The position numbers and the translations under genes were made by a program. Of a DNA stretch of 64,000 nucleotides, positions 56,261-64,000 are shown in pieces. The notes under the pieces are model-generated. The model saw nothing but the letters and a program-made list of their open reading frames with translations. It was not told the DNA's origin and searched no databases. Origin of the DNA: an uncultured Candidatus Saccharibacteria bacterium (lineage in GTDB: Bacteria > Patescibacteriota > Saccharimonadia > Saccharimonadales > UBA4665); assembly GCA_964357905.1 (NCBI GenBank), contig CAYHMQ010000003.1, forward strand, positions 26,855 to 90,854. The letters are read 5' to 3'. The first letter of the stretch is position 1, and each line of letters starts with the position of its first letter.

Positions 56261-57727
56261 CTATAGACCAAGCTGTTTTTTGATCAAATCTTGGGCTAGG
56301 CTAGGGTTAGCCTTACCCTTGGACTCTTTCATGACTTGGCCAACCAAGAAGCCGATGGCTTTCATCTCACCGTTTTTGACGTCCTCGGCAGCCTTGGGGT
56401 TGTCGGCCAGGACTTGGGTGACGATCTTGGCTATTTCGCCTTCGTCAGAGACTTGTATGTAGCCTTTGTCGGTAGCAAACTCCTCAATGTTCTTGGGTGC
56501 CAAGCCTGAAGTAAAAATATCGTTTATGATATCTTTGGCACGGGAAGAGCTCAGCTTACCGCCTTGGATTAATTGATAGATGGCCGGTAGTACATCAGAC
56601 CATTCAAGCCTGACAAATTTGTCTGAGCCAGATCTTAGCGGTTCAATAATATTCACAAAAGTATTGGTAATCCACTTGGCAAAATCTTTGTCCGATAGAT
56701 TCTGCTCAATGAATTCCAAATATTGATATTCGGGCAAATCGGCTTGGTAATCGATAATTAGCTCAACGGTCTTTTGGTCGACGCCTAGACCACTTAAGCG
56801 CTGACGCCACTCGGAGGGCATAATCGGCATTTCCTTGCCAATCTTGGCTACATATTCATCCGTTAGGACGATTGGAGGAATGTCAGGGTCAGGCATGTAG
56901 CGGTAGTCATCGGCGTTTTCTTTGCTGCGCTGGGAGAAAGTCTTCTGCTTAGCGTCGTCCCAACCGCGAGTTTCCTGGATGATCCGTTCGCCCTTTTCTA
57001 GCGATTCGATCTGTCTGGTGACTTCGTAGTCGACAGCCTTCTCTACACTGCGGAAGCTGTTGAGGTTCTTGGTTTCGGAACGAGTACCAAGGTCATCGGT
57101 TTTGCTAACGCTGACGTTGACGTCAAAGCGCATGTTGCCGTAATAGAGATTGGCGTCCGAAACATCGGCATAGCGCATTCGCAGATAAAGCTCGCGGGCG
57201 TAGGCCTTGGCCTCGGCGCTGCTGTGCATGTCTGGTTCGCTAACAATCTCAAGCAAAGGTGTGCCGGCACGGTTGAGATCAACAAGGCTGTAGTCACTGC
57301 CGGCTTTATGCGTGCTTTTGCCAGCGTCTTCTTCTAGGTGAGCACGAGTGATGCCGACAGCCATGAGCTTACCGTCAACTTCGATGGTGATTTCGCCCTT
57401 GCCGATAATTGGCTCATCATACTGGCTGATCTGATAACCCTTGGGCAAGTCTGGGTAGAAATAATGCTTACGGTCGAACTTGCTGAAGCGCTCAGGCTCT
57501 GTGCCCAGTGCGAAAGCTGCTCGGGTCGCCAGATGCAAAGCCTCTTCATTAAGAACCGGCAGAGCGCCAGGTAAGCCAAAGCAAATATGGCTAACTAGTG
57601 TGTTCGGGGCAGCCTCGCGAGCGTCGTTGCCAACCGCGGCAAACAGCTTGGTCTTGGTCTTGAGCTGGACATGGCACTCAATGCCGATGGTTACCCTGTA
57701 CTGCTGGCGGGTTTCTTGACTAATCAT
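56261..57727 (-). CDS. gatB: Asp/Glu-tRNA amidotransferase subunit B
   Basis: 488 aa. The N-terminal GIECHVQL and the C-terminal GatB/YqeY domain are typical. Confidence 0.94.
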   Translation of the reverse strand: MISQETRQQYRVTIGIECHVQLKTKTKLFAAVGNDAREAAPNTLVSHICFGLPGALPVLNEEALHLATRAAFALGTEPERFSKFDRKHYFYPDLPKGYQISQYDEPIIGKGEITIEVDGKLMAVGITRAHLEEDAGKSTHKAGSDYSLVDLNRAGTPLLEIVSEPDMHSSAEAKAYARELYLRMRYADVSDANLYYGNMRFDVNVSVSKTDDLGTRSETKNLNSFRSVEKAVDYEVTRQIESLEKGERIIQETRGWDDAKQKTFSQRSKENADDYRYMPDPDIPPIVLTDEYVAKIGKEMPIMPSEWRQRLSGLGVDQKTVELIIDYQADLPEYQYLEFIEQNLSDKDFAKWITNTFVNIIEPLRSGSDKFVRLEWSDVLPAIYQLIQGGKLSSSRAKDIINDIFTSGLAPKNIEEFATDKGYIQVSDEGEIAKIVTQVLADNPKAAEDVKNGEMKAIGFLVGQVMKESKGKANPSLAQDLIKKQLGL

Positions 57728-58077
57728 GACGGCAATGCCCCCAGATCACGCAGGGCTTGACGGAAGCCCGCCAAGGCATCGATTACGTCTTTTTTCTTCA
57801 ACTTGCGGACATCTTCGCTAGTAATAGTCTTGCAAAGCTTATGCCCATACCAGACAGTGTCGTTACTTGTTAGGGTGTGCTGAGCAGCAACAAGGCGCTC
57901 TCCGGTTGTCTTGCCCTTGAAGCGACACTTCTTGAGCGCTTCATCTAACAGATCGTCGGCTTCGATGATGGCGTCGGGCCAGGTTTTGCGACTGGCGCAA
58001 TGCAGCTGTAAGGCCTTCCAGCGCTCAGTGAAATGTTCCATGTTAAGAGATTTTTTGCGGCGACGGAATAATCTCAT
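57724..58077 (-). CDS. hypothetical 117-aa protein inserted between gatA and gatB
   Basis: ATGA start/stop overlaps on both sides (58074-58077 and 57724-57727). Basic N-terminus. Contains the motif EADDLLDEALKK...GERL. No named family recognised. Confidence 0.65.
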   Translation of the reverse strand: MRLFRRRKKSLNMEHFTERWKALQLHCASRKTWPDAIIEADDLLDEALKKCRFKGKTTGERLVAAQHTLTSNDTVWYGHKLCKTITSEDVRKLKKKDVIDALAGFRQALRDLGALPS

Positions 58078-59504
58078 ACCAGTAGCTCCTCGGCGTGCTT
58101 AGCCATAGCCAGAAGCTGCCTATCGGCGCGCTGCGGAGCCATCAGCTGTAGTCCCACGGGTAAGCCTTGGCTGAGACCAGCTGGCAAGCTGATAGCTGGC
58201 ACACCCGCCAGGTTAGCCGCTACGGTCATCACGTCACTTAAGTACATATGTAATGGATTGTCTGAATTCTCACCAATCTTGAAAGCTGTCGTTGGCGCCA
58301 CTGGTCCAAACAAGAAGTCAACTTGCTTAAACGCATCACCGAATTCATTGATAAGCTTGGTGCGTACCGTTTGCGCCTGTTTGTAATAAGCATCGTAGTA
58401 GCCGCTGCTTAGCACGTAAGTACCGATCATGATGCGTCGCTTGGCTTCTTTGCCGAAGCCGCGACCACGCGAGCCACTGTAGCTTGCGTCGAGATCCTTG
58501 GCCTTGTCGTAACTATAGCCGTAGCGCTGACCGTCGTAACGACCCAGGTTACTGCTAACTTCGGCTGGACAGAGCACATAGTAAACGGCTAAGGCTGCTG
58601 GCAGTGACGGTAGGCTAAGCTCGGTAATCGTGGCACCAGCTTCTTTTAGCTTCTCGACTGCTGTCTCAATAAGCTGTTTGACGTCGGGAGCGATGCCCTC
58701 GCTCAAATACTCCTTGATAACTCCAATTTTTTGACCCTTTAGGCTGCCTTGGAGCGTTGCGTAACCGACTTCATCGCGTTCGATAGTCGTTCCATCTAAG
58801 GAGTCGCGACCCGCCATAGCATCCAGCACCAAAGCCGCGTCCTCAACCGTACGCGTTAATGGCCCAATAACGTCGAGACTGCTGCCCATGGCCACTACAC
58901 CCGATCGACTAACTAGTCCGTAGGTCGGCTTGTAGCCAACCACACCACAAAAGCTTGATGGTTGTCGAATCGATCCGCCAGTATCAGTACCCAGGGCAAA
59001 GGGCGCCAGCTCCAAGGCTACAGCCGCGGCTGAACCACCAGAACTGCCGCCGGGAACTCGTGTTTTATCATGAGGGTTCTTGGTGGTGAAAAAATCACTG
59101 TTCTCAGTACTAGCACCGTGGGCAAAAGCGTCTAGATTGGCCTTGGCAACGCAGATTGCGCCTTCGGCCTCAAGCTTCTCAATAGCTGTCGCTTGATAGG
59201 GCGCTTCGAAGCCTTTGAGAATGTTGCTAGCCGCGGTCGTGTCAGCACCGAATACCAAGAAATTGTCTTTGGCAATGAATGGCACACCGGCCAATCGGCC
59301 AACTTTGCCACCTTTGGCAATGCGGCCATCTATTTCTGAGGCTCGCTGGCGCGCTCGCTTTTCTGTTGTGGCAATGATAGATTGGTAATCCTGATTACCT
59401 GCTATGGCCTTCAGAGACTGCTCAACGAGATCAACTGCCTTAAGATCGCCCGACTGCACTTTGGCAGCCAATTCAGCAATTGGCGACCACTTACTGGCTG
59501 CCAT
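58074..59504 (-). CDS. gatA: Asp/Glu-tRNA amidotransferase subunit A
   Basis: 476 aa with the amidase signature GGSSGGSAAAV. Confidence 0.95.
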   Translation of the reverse strand: MAASKWSPIAELAAKVQSGDLKAVDLVEQSLKAIAGNQDYQSIIATTEKRARQRASEIDGRIAKGGKVGRLAGVPFIAKDNFLVFGADTTAASNILKGFEAPYQATAIEKLEAEGAICVAKANLDAFAHGASTENSDFFTTKNPHDKTRVPGGSSGGSAAAVALELAPFALGTDTGGSIRQPSSFCGVVGYKPTYGLVSRSGVVAMGSSLDVIGPLTRTVEDAALVLDAMAGRDSLDGTTIERDEVGYATLQGSLKGQKIGVIKEYLSEGIAPDVKQLIETAVEKLKEAGATITELSLPSLPAALAVYYVLCPAEVSSNLGRYDGQRYGYSYDKAKDLDASYSGSRGRGFGKEAKRRIMIGTYVLSSGYYDAYYKQAQTVRTKLINEFGDAFKQVDFLFGPVAPTTAFKIGENSDNPLHMYLSDVMTVAANLAGVPAISLPAGLSQGLPVGLQLMAPQRADRQLLAMAKHAEELLV

Positions 59505-59797
59505 TATCCGATCATCCGCTTAACTTTGATCTGTCCGTTTTGTTTGGCCGGCAAATTATCAAGCAACTTCTCCGGCGCGTAGCCGTAGTCAGCGACTTCG
59601 TCACGACGTGTAACATTGGTTAATCCAGTAACTTGGTTGGTTGGTTTGAGGCCTTTGACATCAACGCTACCCAGCTGTTCGACGTATTGCAATATCTCAG
59701 TCAGCTCAATGCTGTACTCTTCAATTTCATCGTCAGTCAGCTCAAGCCTAGCCAATCGAGCTAATTTCAACACATCTTCTCGGGTAAGTTTCGCCAT
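59504..59797 (-). CDS. gatC: Asp/Glu-tRNA amidotransferase subunit C
   Basis: 97 aa counted from the ATG at 59797 (MAKLTREDVLKLARLARLEL). The tracked ORF start at 59959 is an upstream extension. Confidence 0.88.
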   Translation of the reverse strand: MAKLTREDVLKLARLARLELTDDEIEEYSIELTEILQYVEQLGSVDVKGLKPTNQVTGLTNVTRRDEVADYGYAPEKLLDNLPAKQNGQIKVKRMIG

Positions 59798-59807
59798 GTT
59801 ATCTACA

Positions 59808-59837
59808 ATTGTAACAGAGGGGTTGCCATTAGTTGAA
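59808..59837 (-). promoter_or_regulatory. gatC promoter TTCAAC-18-TACAAT, with the -10 ending 10 nt before the ATG
   Basis: Read directly. The -10 lies in the palindrome TACAATTGTA. Confidence 0.4.
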
Positions 59838-59926
59838 GAATATAGTTTGTTAATTTGACGACAAACATACTTTACAAAGTGCCTCGTCAAGCATAGCATT
59901 AAGCTTGAAGTCCTAACGACAACTAA

Positions 59927-61108
59927 ATGCATAGGTCGACATTGCCGAAAGTGGCTCACGGAAGCCAGCCAAACCTAAACGTAGGCCCTGACACGAACTC
60001 TCCCCGTCCCAGCGACGGGGATTTTGTTGATGAGGCATTGCTTGCGCAACAAGAAGCATTGGCAACCCTGACGATGCCGCAAGTCGCCGTAATTAGTCGA
60101 AAGTCTAGGAACGATCCAGAACGATTTGCGGGCAGCACAATTTATAGAGAAAGCGTCCGTTTTAGCGATGGCTCTGTTAGGTTGGCTACAATTGTGGAAC
60201 CAGATGTTCCGGTAACCGACGTATTAACAGTATCAGCAGACCCATGGGTAACTGGCGAGAAAGGCTTCAACAAGGGCGAAATAGAGCAAATGGCTGAGCT
60301 GAGCCTACCGCTGGTCTGGCTGCACCATCAGAGCCGCCATCGGATTTTCCCCCCGACACGTAGCCGATTACTTACCTTAACCAATCTTGCAACGTCTAAG
60401 GGCATAGCCCAAGCCGCAGGGCAAGAACTGGCATTAGTCAATGACCTGTCGACCAACTCAGATCGCGATCATAAAAAGCTTATGAGGCGAGGTTACTCCA
60501 GAAGCGGCATGTCAGGCAACGCCTTTATAGTTCAGGCTGAGGAGCAAGGTGCAGAAGTCGTATTCAGCCATCACGAAGCTGAGTGCTTCCCTCATGCCAT
60601 AGGTATGGTCGCCTTGGCTAAAACCTTTGTTAAGCAGAGTGTGCGCGAAGGCATTACCATATCCGGCGGCGCAACTGAATTAATTAATCTCCGAGATGTT
60701 GGCGGCACCGTCTGCAGAGTAGTTGAATATCTTCAAACACTTGACATCCATCCAATGAATATTGCAAACGAAATGTTATGGATAAAAGAGTTTATGAGTG
60801 GCGAAGCCGGTGACTATGCCCAAGCCGTTCGCCTTGACGCTAAGGGGATAAGATTACACTATGAGGCCGATGAATGGGCACAGATTTCTAAGTGGCTACC
60901 TATTAACAACTCAAGGCCTGGCATTGTCACAGTCGAAATGCCCGGCGCACATACAGCAGGCGCGAGACGTAAGATGCGCACCATCAAAGGTAAAATTTTT
61001 AGCAATATTGCTGAGTATGCGTTGGGTCACTACAGACAACTTGATGGCATCAGGGTAAATGACGTATTGCCGGATGAATGTAAGCAGTATATTGTTTCGA
61101 CTGCTTAA
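59927..61108 (+). CDS. hypothetical protein (orphan)
   Basis: 393-aa ORF with no recognisable motifs beyond a loose GYSRSGMSG. The start is uncertain because there is no promoter or SD at 59927. Confidence 0.5.
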   Translation: MHRSTLPKVAHGSQPNLNVGPDTNSPRPSDGDFVDEALLAQQEALATLTMPQVAVISRKSRNDPERFAGSTIYRESVRFSDGSVRLATIVEPDVPVTDVLTVSADPWVTGEKGFNKGEIEQMAELSLPLVWLHHQSRHRIFPPTRSRLLTLTNLATSKGIAQAAGQELALVNDLSTNSDRDHKKLMRRGYSRSGMSGNAFIVQAEEQGAEVVFSHHEAECFPHAIGMVALAKTFVKQSVREGITISGGATELINLRDVGGTVCRVVEYLQTLDIHPMNIANEMLWIKEFMSGEAGDYAQAVRLDAKGIRLHYEADEWAQISKWLPINNSRPGIVTVEMPGAHTAGARRKMRTIKGKIFSNIAEYALGHYRQLDGIRVNDVLPDECKQYIVSTA

Positions 61109-61944
61109 AGTCTTTGGACGTTTTGTGTTTGCAGCATCAAGAACCGAACACCGTAGCCAGAGAGTCCGGAGTCGTTTGACCAGCCAGAGTACAATGTATC
61201 GCCACACATTCCTATACGTGGGCCAAACGCAGGATGAGTGCCAACCTTGCCACAAGCATGCTGGACAAGTCTAGAAACAGTCTTGGCATCCAGCACAACA
61301 CCATCTCGTGTTTCTGCCTCAGCCGCATGAGCAAAAACGAAGTCACCATAGGACGGCAGGAATAAGCCGGTAGCCGTCCTGTCTCGAGCGTATTCGTCAA
61401 TCTTGGCTTGGGCGGCCTTCTGCTGCTCTGACCATGTTTTAGTGCCAAAGTATAGGCCTGCTTCGCCTGGATGATCACCGCCTTGCAGCCAGCCAACGAC
61501 CCTACCTTGGAATGGCTGAGCTGGCGCTGTGACTCGTTCAACAATACTGCGCTTGTTGAGCTCGACGTCTGAAAATTGCGACCACAGTTCAGCCCAGGGC
61601 TTGAAGGCTTTGTGTCCGGCGGCTCGATATCTGCCAAGCAAGCCATCACGAGTAAGGACGTCTGGATCCAAATCTAAGCTATAGCCTGTCAACACCTCCG
61701 GACCACCATTCTCAGCATCAGTTTGTTGAACCTCATCGAACAGCTTTACCTGCTCAGTGATCGTGTCAACCAATTCTCTGCTGTACGAATGAATCCTAAG
61801 TGACGCTAGAGTCGCAACTATGACACCAGCCCTATCGCCGCGACTAGGCTTTTGGCGCTGCTCTGCGGCAACAGTGTCGCCAACGTCACCAGCAATATCA
61901 GACCCATATACTTGTTCGGCTAGGTTTGCTCCAAGCTCAGTCAT
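61105..61944 (-). CDS. hypothetical protein (orphan)
   Basis: 279-aa ORF. Its stop overlaps the convergent ORF stop (TTAA). Its C-terminal C-x6-GW-x7-GYG motif resembles the ORF at 13028-13936. Confidence 0.55.
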   Translation of the reverse strand: MTELGANLAEQVYGSDIAGDVGDTVAAEQRQKPSRGDRAGVIVATLASLRIHSYSRELVDTITEQVKLFDEVQQTDAENGGPEVLTGYSLDLDPDVLTRDGLLGRYRAAGHKAFKPWAELWSQFSDVELNKRSIVERVTAPAQPFQGRVVGWLQGGDHPGEAGLYFGTKTWSEQQKAAQAKIDEYARDRTATGLFLPSYGDFVFAHAAEAETRDGVVLDAKTVSRLVQHACGKVGTHPAFGPRIGMCGDTLYSGWSNDSGLSGYGVRFLMLQTQNVQRL

Positions 61945-62002
61945 ATCTTTGTTTGCACAGCCTCATAAATTACATATAAATAACCACATCATGTTGCTCG
62001 TG

Positions 62003-63967
62003 TCAAAGTTTGGATTTTATTGCTTTAATGATGTCGCGCAACTCGGCGGCGGTTTCAAACTGGAGATTAGCAGCAGCCAGATCCATCTGCGCCGAAAGAT
62101 CCTTGATCAAGGCGCCATACTCTTCCTTAGGAATCTTCTTGAGGTTAAGCTTGGCGGTCTTGGCTTCTTGGTCTAGCTCGGGTCGCATCCCAGCTTCAAC
62201 TGCGCGCTTGATTCCGGTCGGGGTAATGCCATGCTCCTGGTTGTAAGCTTCTTGGATTTTGCGGCGACGCGTGGTTTCGTCGATGGTTGCCTGCATACTC
62301 TTGGTTACCGTGTCGGCATACATGATGACATGCCCCTTCTCATGCCGAGCAGCGCGGCCAACTGTTTGAATCAGAGCCTGTTCACTTCTCAGGAAACCTT
62401 CCTTGTCGGCGTCAAGAATGGCCACTAGGGAAACTTCTGGCAAATCCAGCCCCTCGCGAAGCAGGTTTATCCCAACTAGCACGTCATAAACACCCAGCCG
62501 CAGATCGCGCAAAATATCGGTTCGATCGAGCGTATCGACGTCACTGTGCAGATAGGCTACCTTAATATTTAACTCCTTGAGGTATTCGGCGAGGTCTTCG
62601 CTCATGCGCTTGGTCAGCGTGGTCACCAGCACACGCTGATGCTTGGCCGTGGTGTCACGAATCTCGGCAATCAGATCGTCTATCTGGCCTTCGATAGGCC
62701 TTACCTCGATCGGGGGATCGAGCAAGCCAGTCGGCCTGATCACCTGCTGGGCAGGTTCGGGACTCCTTGACAGTTCATATTCGGCTGGCGTAGCTGAGAC
62801 ATAGACGACCTGATTAACATGCCTTTCGAACTCTGTGAAAGTCAGCGGCCGGTTGTCTAAGGCGCTGGGCAGGCGGAAGCCGTGCTCCACCAGCACTTCC
62901 TTGCGCGCCCGATCACCGTTATACATGCCGCGGACTTGCGGAATCGTCATATGTGACTCATCGATCATGAACAGATAGTCATCCGGGAAATAATCCATCA
63001 AGGTTGCCGGTTGCTCGCCCTCTTCGCGGTTGGTCAGGTAGCGTGAGTAGTTCTCAATGCCCTTCACGAAGCCGGTTTCCTGCATCATCTCCAGATCAAA
63101 ACGCGTGCGCTGCTCGATGCGTTGCGCCTCGATAAGCTTGCCCTGCTTCTTGAAGTCTTTGACGCGCTGTTGCAGCTCTGATTCTATCTGTCCAAGAGCC
63201 AACTTGAGTTTCTCCTGTGGCGTTACATAGTGCGAACTTGGGAAAATCTTATAACTATCGGGCTTGGCCAGAATCTCACCGGTCAAAGGATCGATCTGGG
63301 TAATCCGCTCTACATCGTCACCGAAAAATTCCATTCGATAAGCCAGTTCTTCGCCAGCCGGGAAGACATCAACCACATCGCCCCGAACTCGAAAAGTACC
63401 ACGGCGAAAGTCTATGTCGTTGCGCTGGTACTGGATGTCCGTTAGCTGCCGCAGGAACTTGTCACGCACCTTGCGTTCACCGACTTTGACGTTCACGGAC
63501 AGGCCGTCATAGTCATCGACCGAGCCAATTCCATAGATACAACTGACGCTGGCTACGATAATCACATCCTTGCGACTCAAGAGAGAATCAGTAGCGGCGT
63601 GGCGTAGACGATCGATCTCCTCGTTAATCTGGCTGTCTTTCTCGATGAAAGTATCCGAACGGGCAATATAGGCTTCAGGCTGGTAATAATCGAAGTAGCT
63701 AACGAAGTAATGAACGGCGTTATCGGGGAAGAAATGTTTGAATTCGCTATATAGCTGGGCGGCCAACGTCTTGTTGTGGCTAAGAATCAGTGTTGGCTTC
63801 TGGACGTTCTGAATGAGGTTGGCCATGCTAAAGGTCTTGCCCGAACCCGTCACACCCTTCAACACCTGATGTTTCAAGCCGCCCTGAAGACCCTTGGTCA
63901 ACTGGTCAATCGCCGTCGGCTGATCGCCGGTAGGCTTAAAGTCGGCCTTTAGCTGAAACTTAGACAT
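62003..63967 (-). CDS. uvrB: excinuclease ABC subunit B
   Basis: 654 aa containing [12 protein letters not shown] and a C-terminal UVR domain. TACAAT lies 6 nt upstream of the ATG. Confidence 0.96.
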   Translation of the reverse strand: MSKFQLKADFKPTGDQPTAIDQLTKGLQGGLKHQVLKGVTGSGKTFSMANLIQNVQKPTLILSHNKTLAAQLYSEFKHFFPDNAVHYFVSYFDYYQPEAYIARSDTFIEKDSQINEEIDRLRHAATDSLLSRKDVIIVASVSCIYGIGSVDDYDGLSVNVKVGERKVRDKFLRQLTDIQYQRNDIDFRRGTFRVRGDVVDVFPAGEELAYRMEFFGDDVERITQIDPLTGEILAKPDSYKIFPSSHYVTPQEKLKLALGQIESELQQRVKDFKKQGKLIEAQRIEQRTRFDLEMMQETGFVKGIENYSRYLTNREEGEQPATLMDYFPDDYLFMIDESHMTIPQVRGMYNGDRARKEVLVEHGFRLPSALDNRPLTFTEFERHVNQVVYVSATPAEYELSRSPEPAQQVIRPTGLLDPPIEVRPIEGQIDDLIAEIRDTTAKHQRVLVTTLTKRMSEDLAEYLKELNIKVAYLHSDVDTLDRTDILRDLRLGVYDVLVGINLLREGLDLPEVSLVAILDADKEGFLRSEQALIQTVGRAARHEKGHVIMYADTVTKSMQATIDETTRRRKIQEAYNQEHGITPTGIKRAVEAGMRPELDQEAKTAKLNLKKIPKEEYGALIKDLSAQMDLAAANLQFETAAELRDIIKAIKSKL

Positions 63968-64000
63968 CTACTAATTGTATAACTTCACGCCACGCTAGCC

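Noticed and set aside
1-64000. Search by eye for CRISPR arrays, rRNA genes, transposases, integrases, prophage genes, toxin-antitoxin pairs or known defence-system signatures.
   Set aside because: None was recognised. The only RNA gene found is tRNA-Leu. An eye scan cannot exclude short or degenerate elements.

Overview
This is a gene-dense, mostly minus-strand stretch of a small bacterial chromosome. The proteins are clearly bacterial but divergent from model organisms. The gene content suggests a reduced-genome Gram-positive-type or candidate-phyla-radiation lineage, but this cannot be settled without a database search.

Most of the window is core information processing: rpsL-rpsG-fusA, rpoB-rpoC, clpP, tig, hisS, tyrS, recG, radA, clpC, nusA, rnhB, rplS, dnaE, gatCAB, uvrB and one tRNA-Leu(UAG). 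I saw no rRNA, CRISPR array, transposase or integrase.

Five things stand out:
- A promoter, a 19-codon His-rich leader ORF and an antiterminator/terminator lie upstream of hisG-hisD-hisS. The layout looks like ribosome-mediated attenuation.
- Near-perfect CIRCE (HrcA-type) operators overlap the promoters of clpP and clpC, not chaperone genes.
- About 20 first-in-operon genes have a -10 hexamer 6-10 nt upstream of the start codon and no Shine-Dalgarno. This implies widespread leaderless mRNAs and moves several start codons.
- A molybdenum-cofactor island (moeA, mobA, moeB-rhodanese, moaD, moaE) sits next to a cytochrome-b/sulfite-oxidase-fold fusion protein that is start/stop-coupled to a NarK-type transporter. 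No cPMP-synthesis, mogA or molybdate-uptake genes are nearby.
- Translationally coupled orphan ORFs are wedged into the otherwise conserved rpsG-fusA and gatA-gatB junctions.

Several other orphan proteins, a roughly 100-bp long-stem inverted repeat and a promoter-proximal terminator in the nusA leader are also flagged. All functional calls rest on motifs read by eye.
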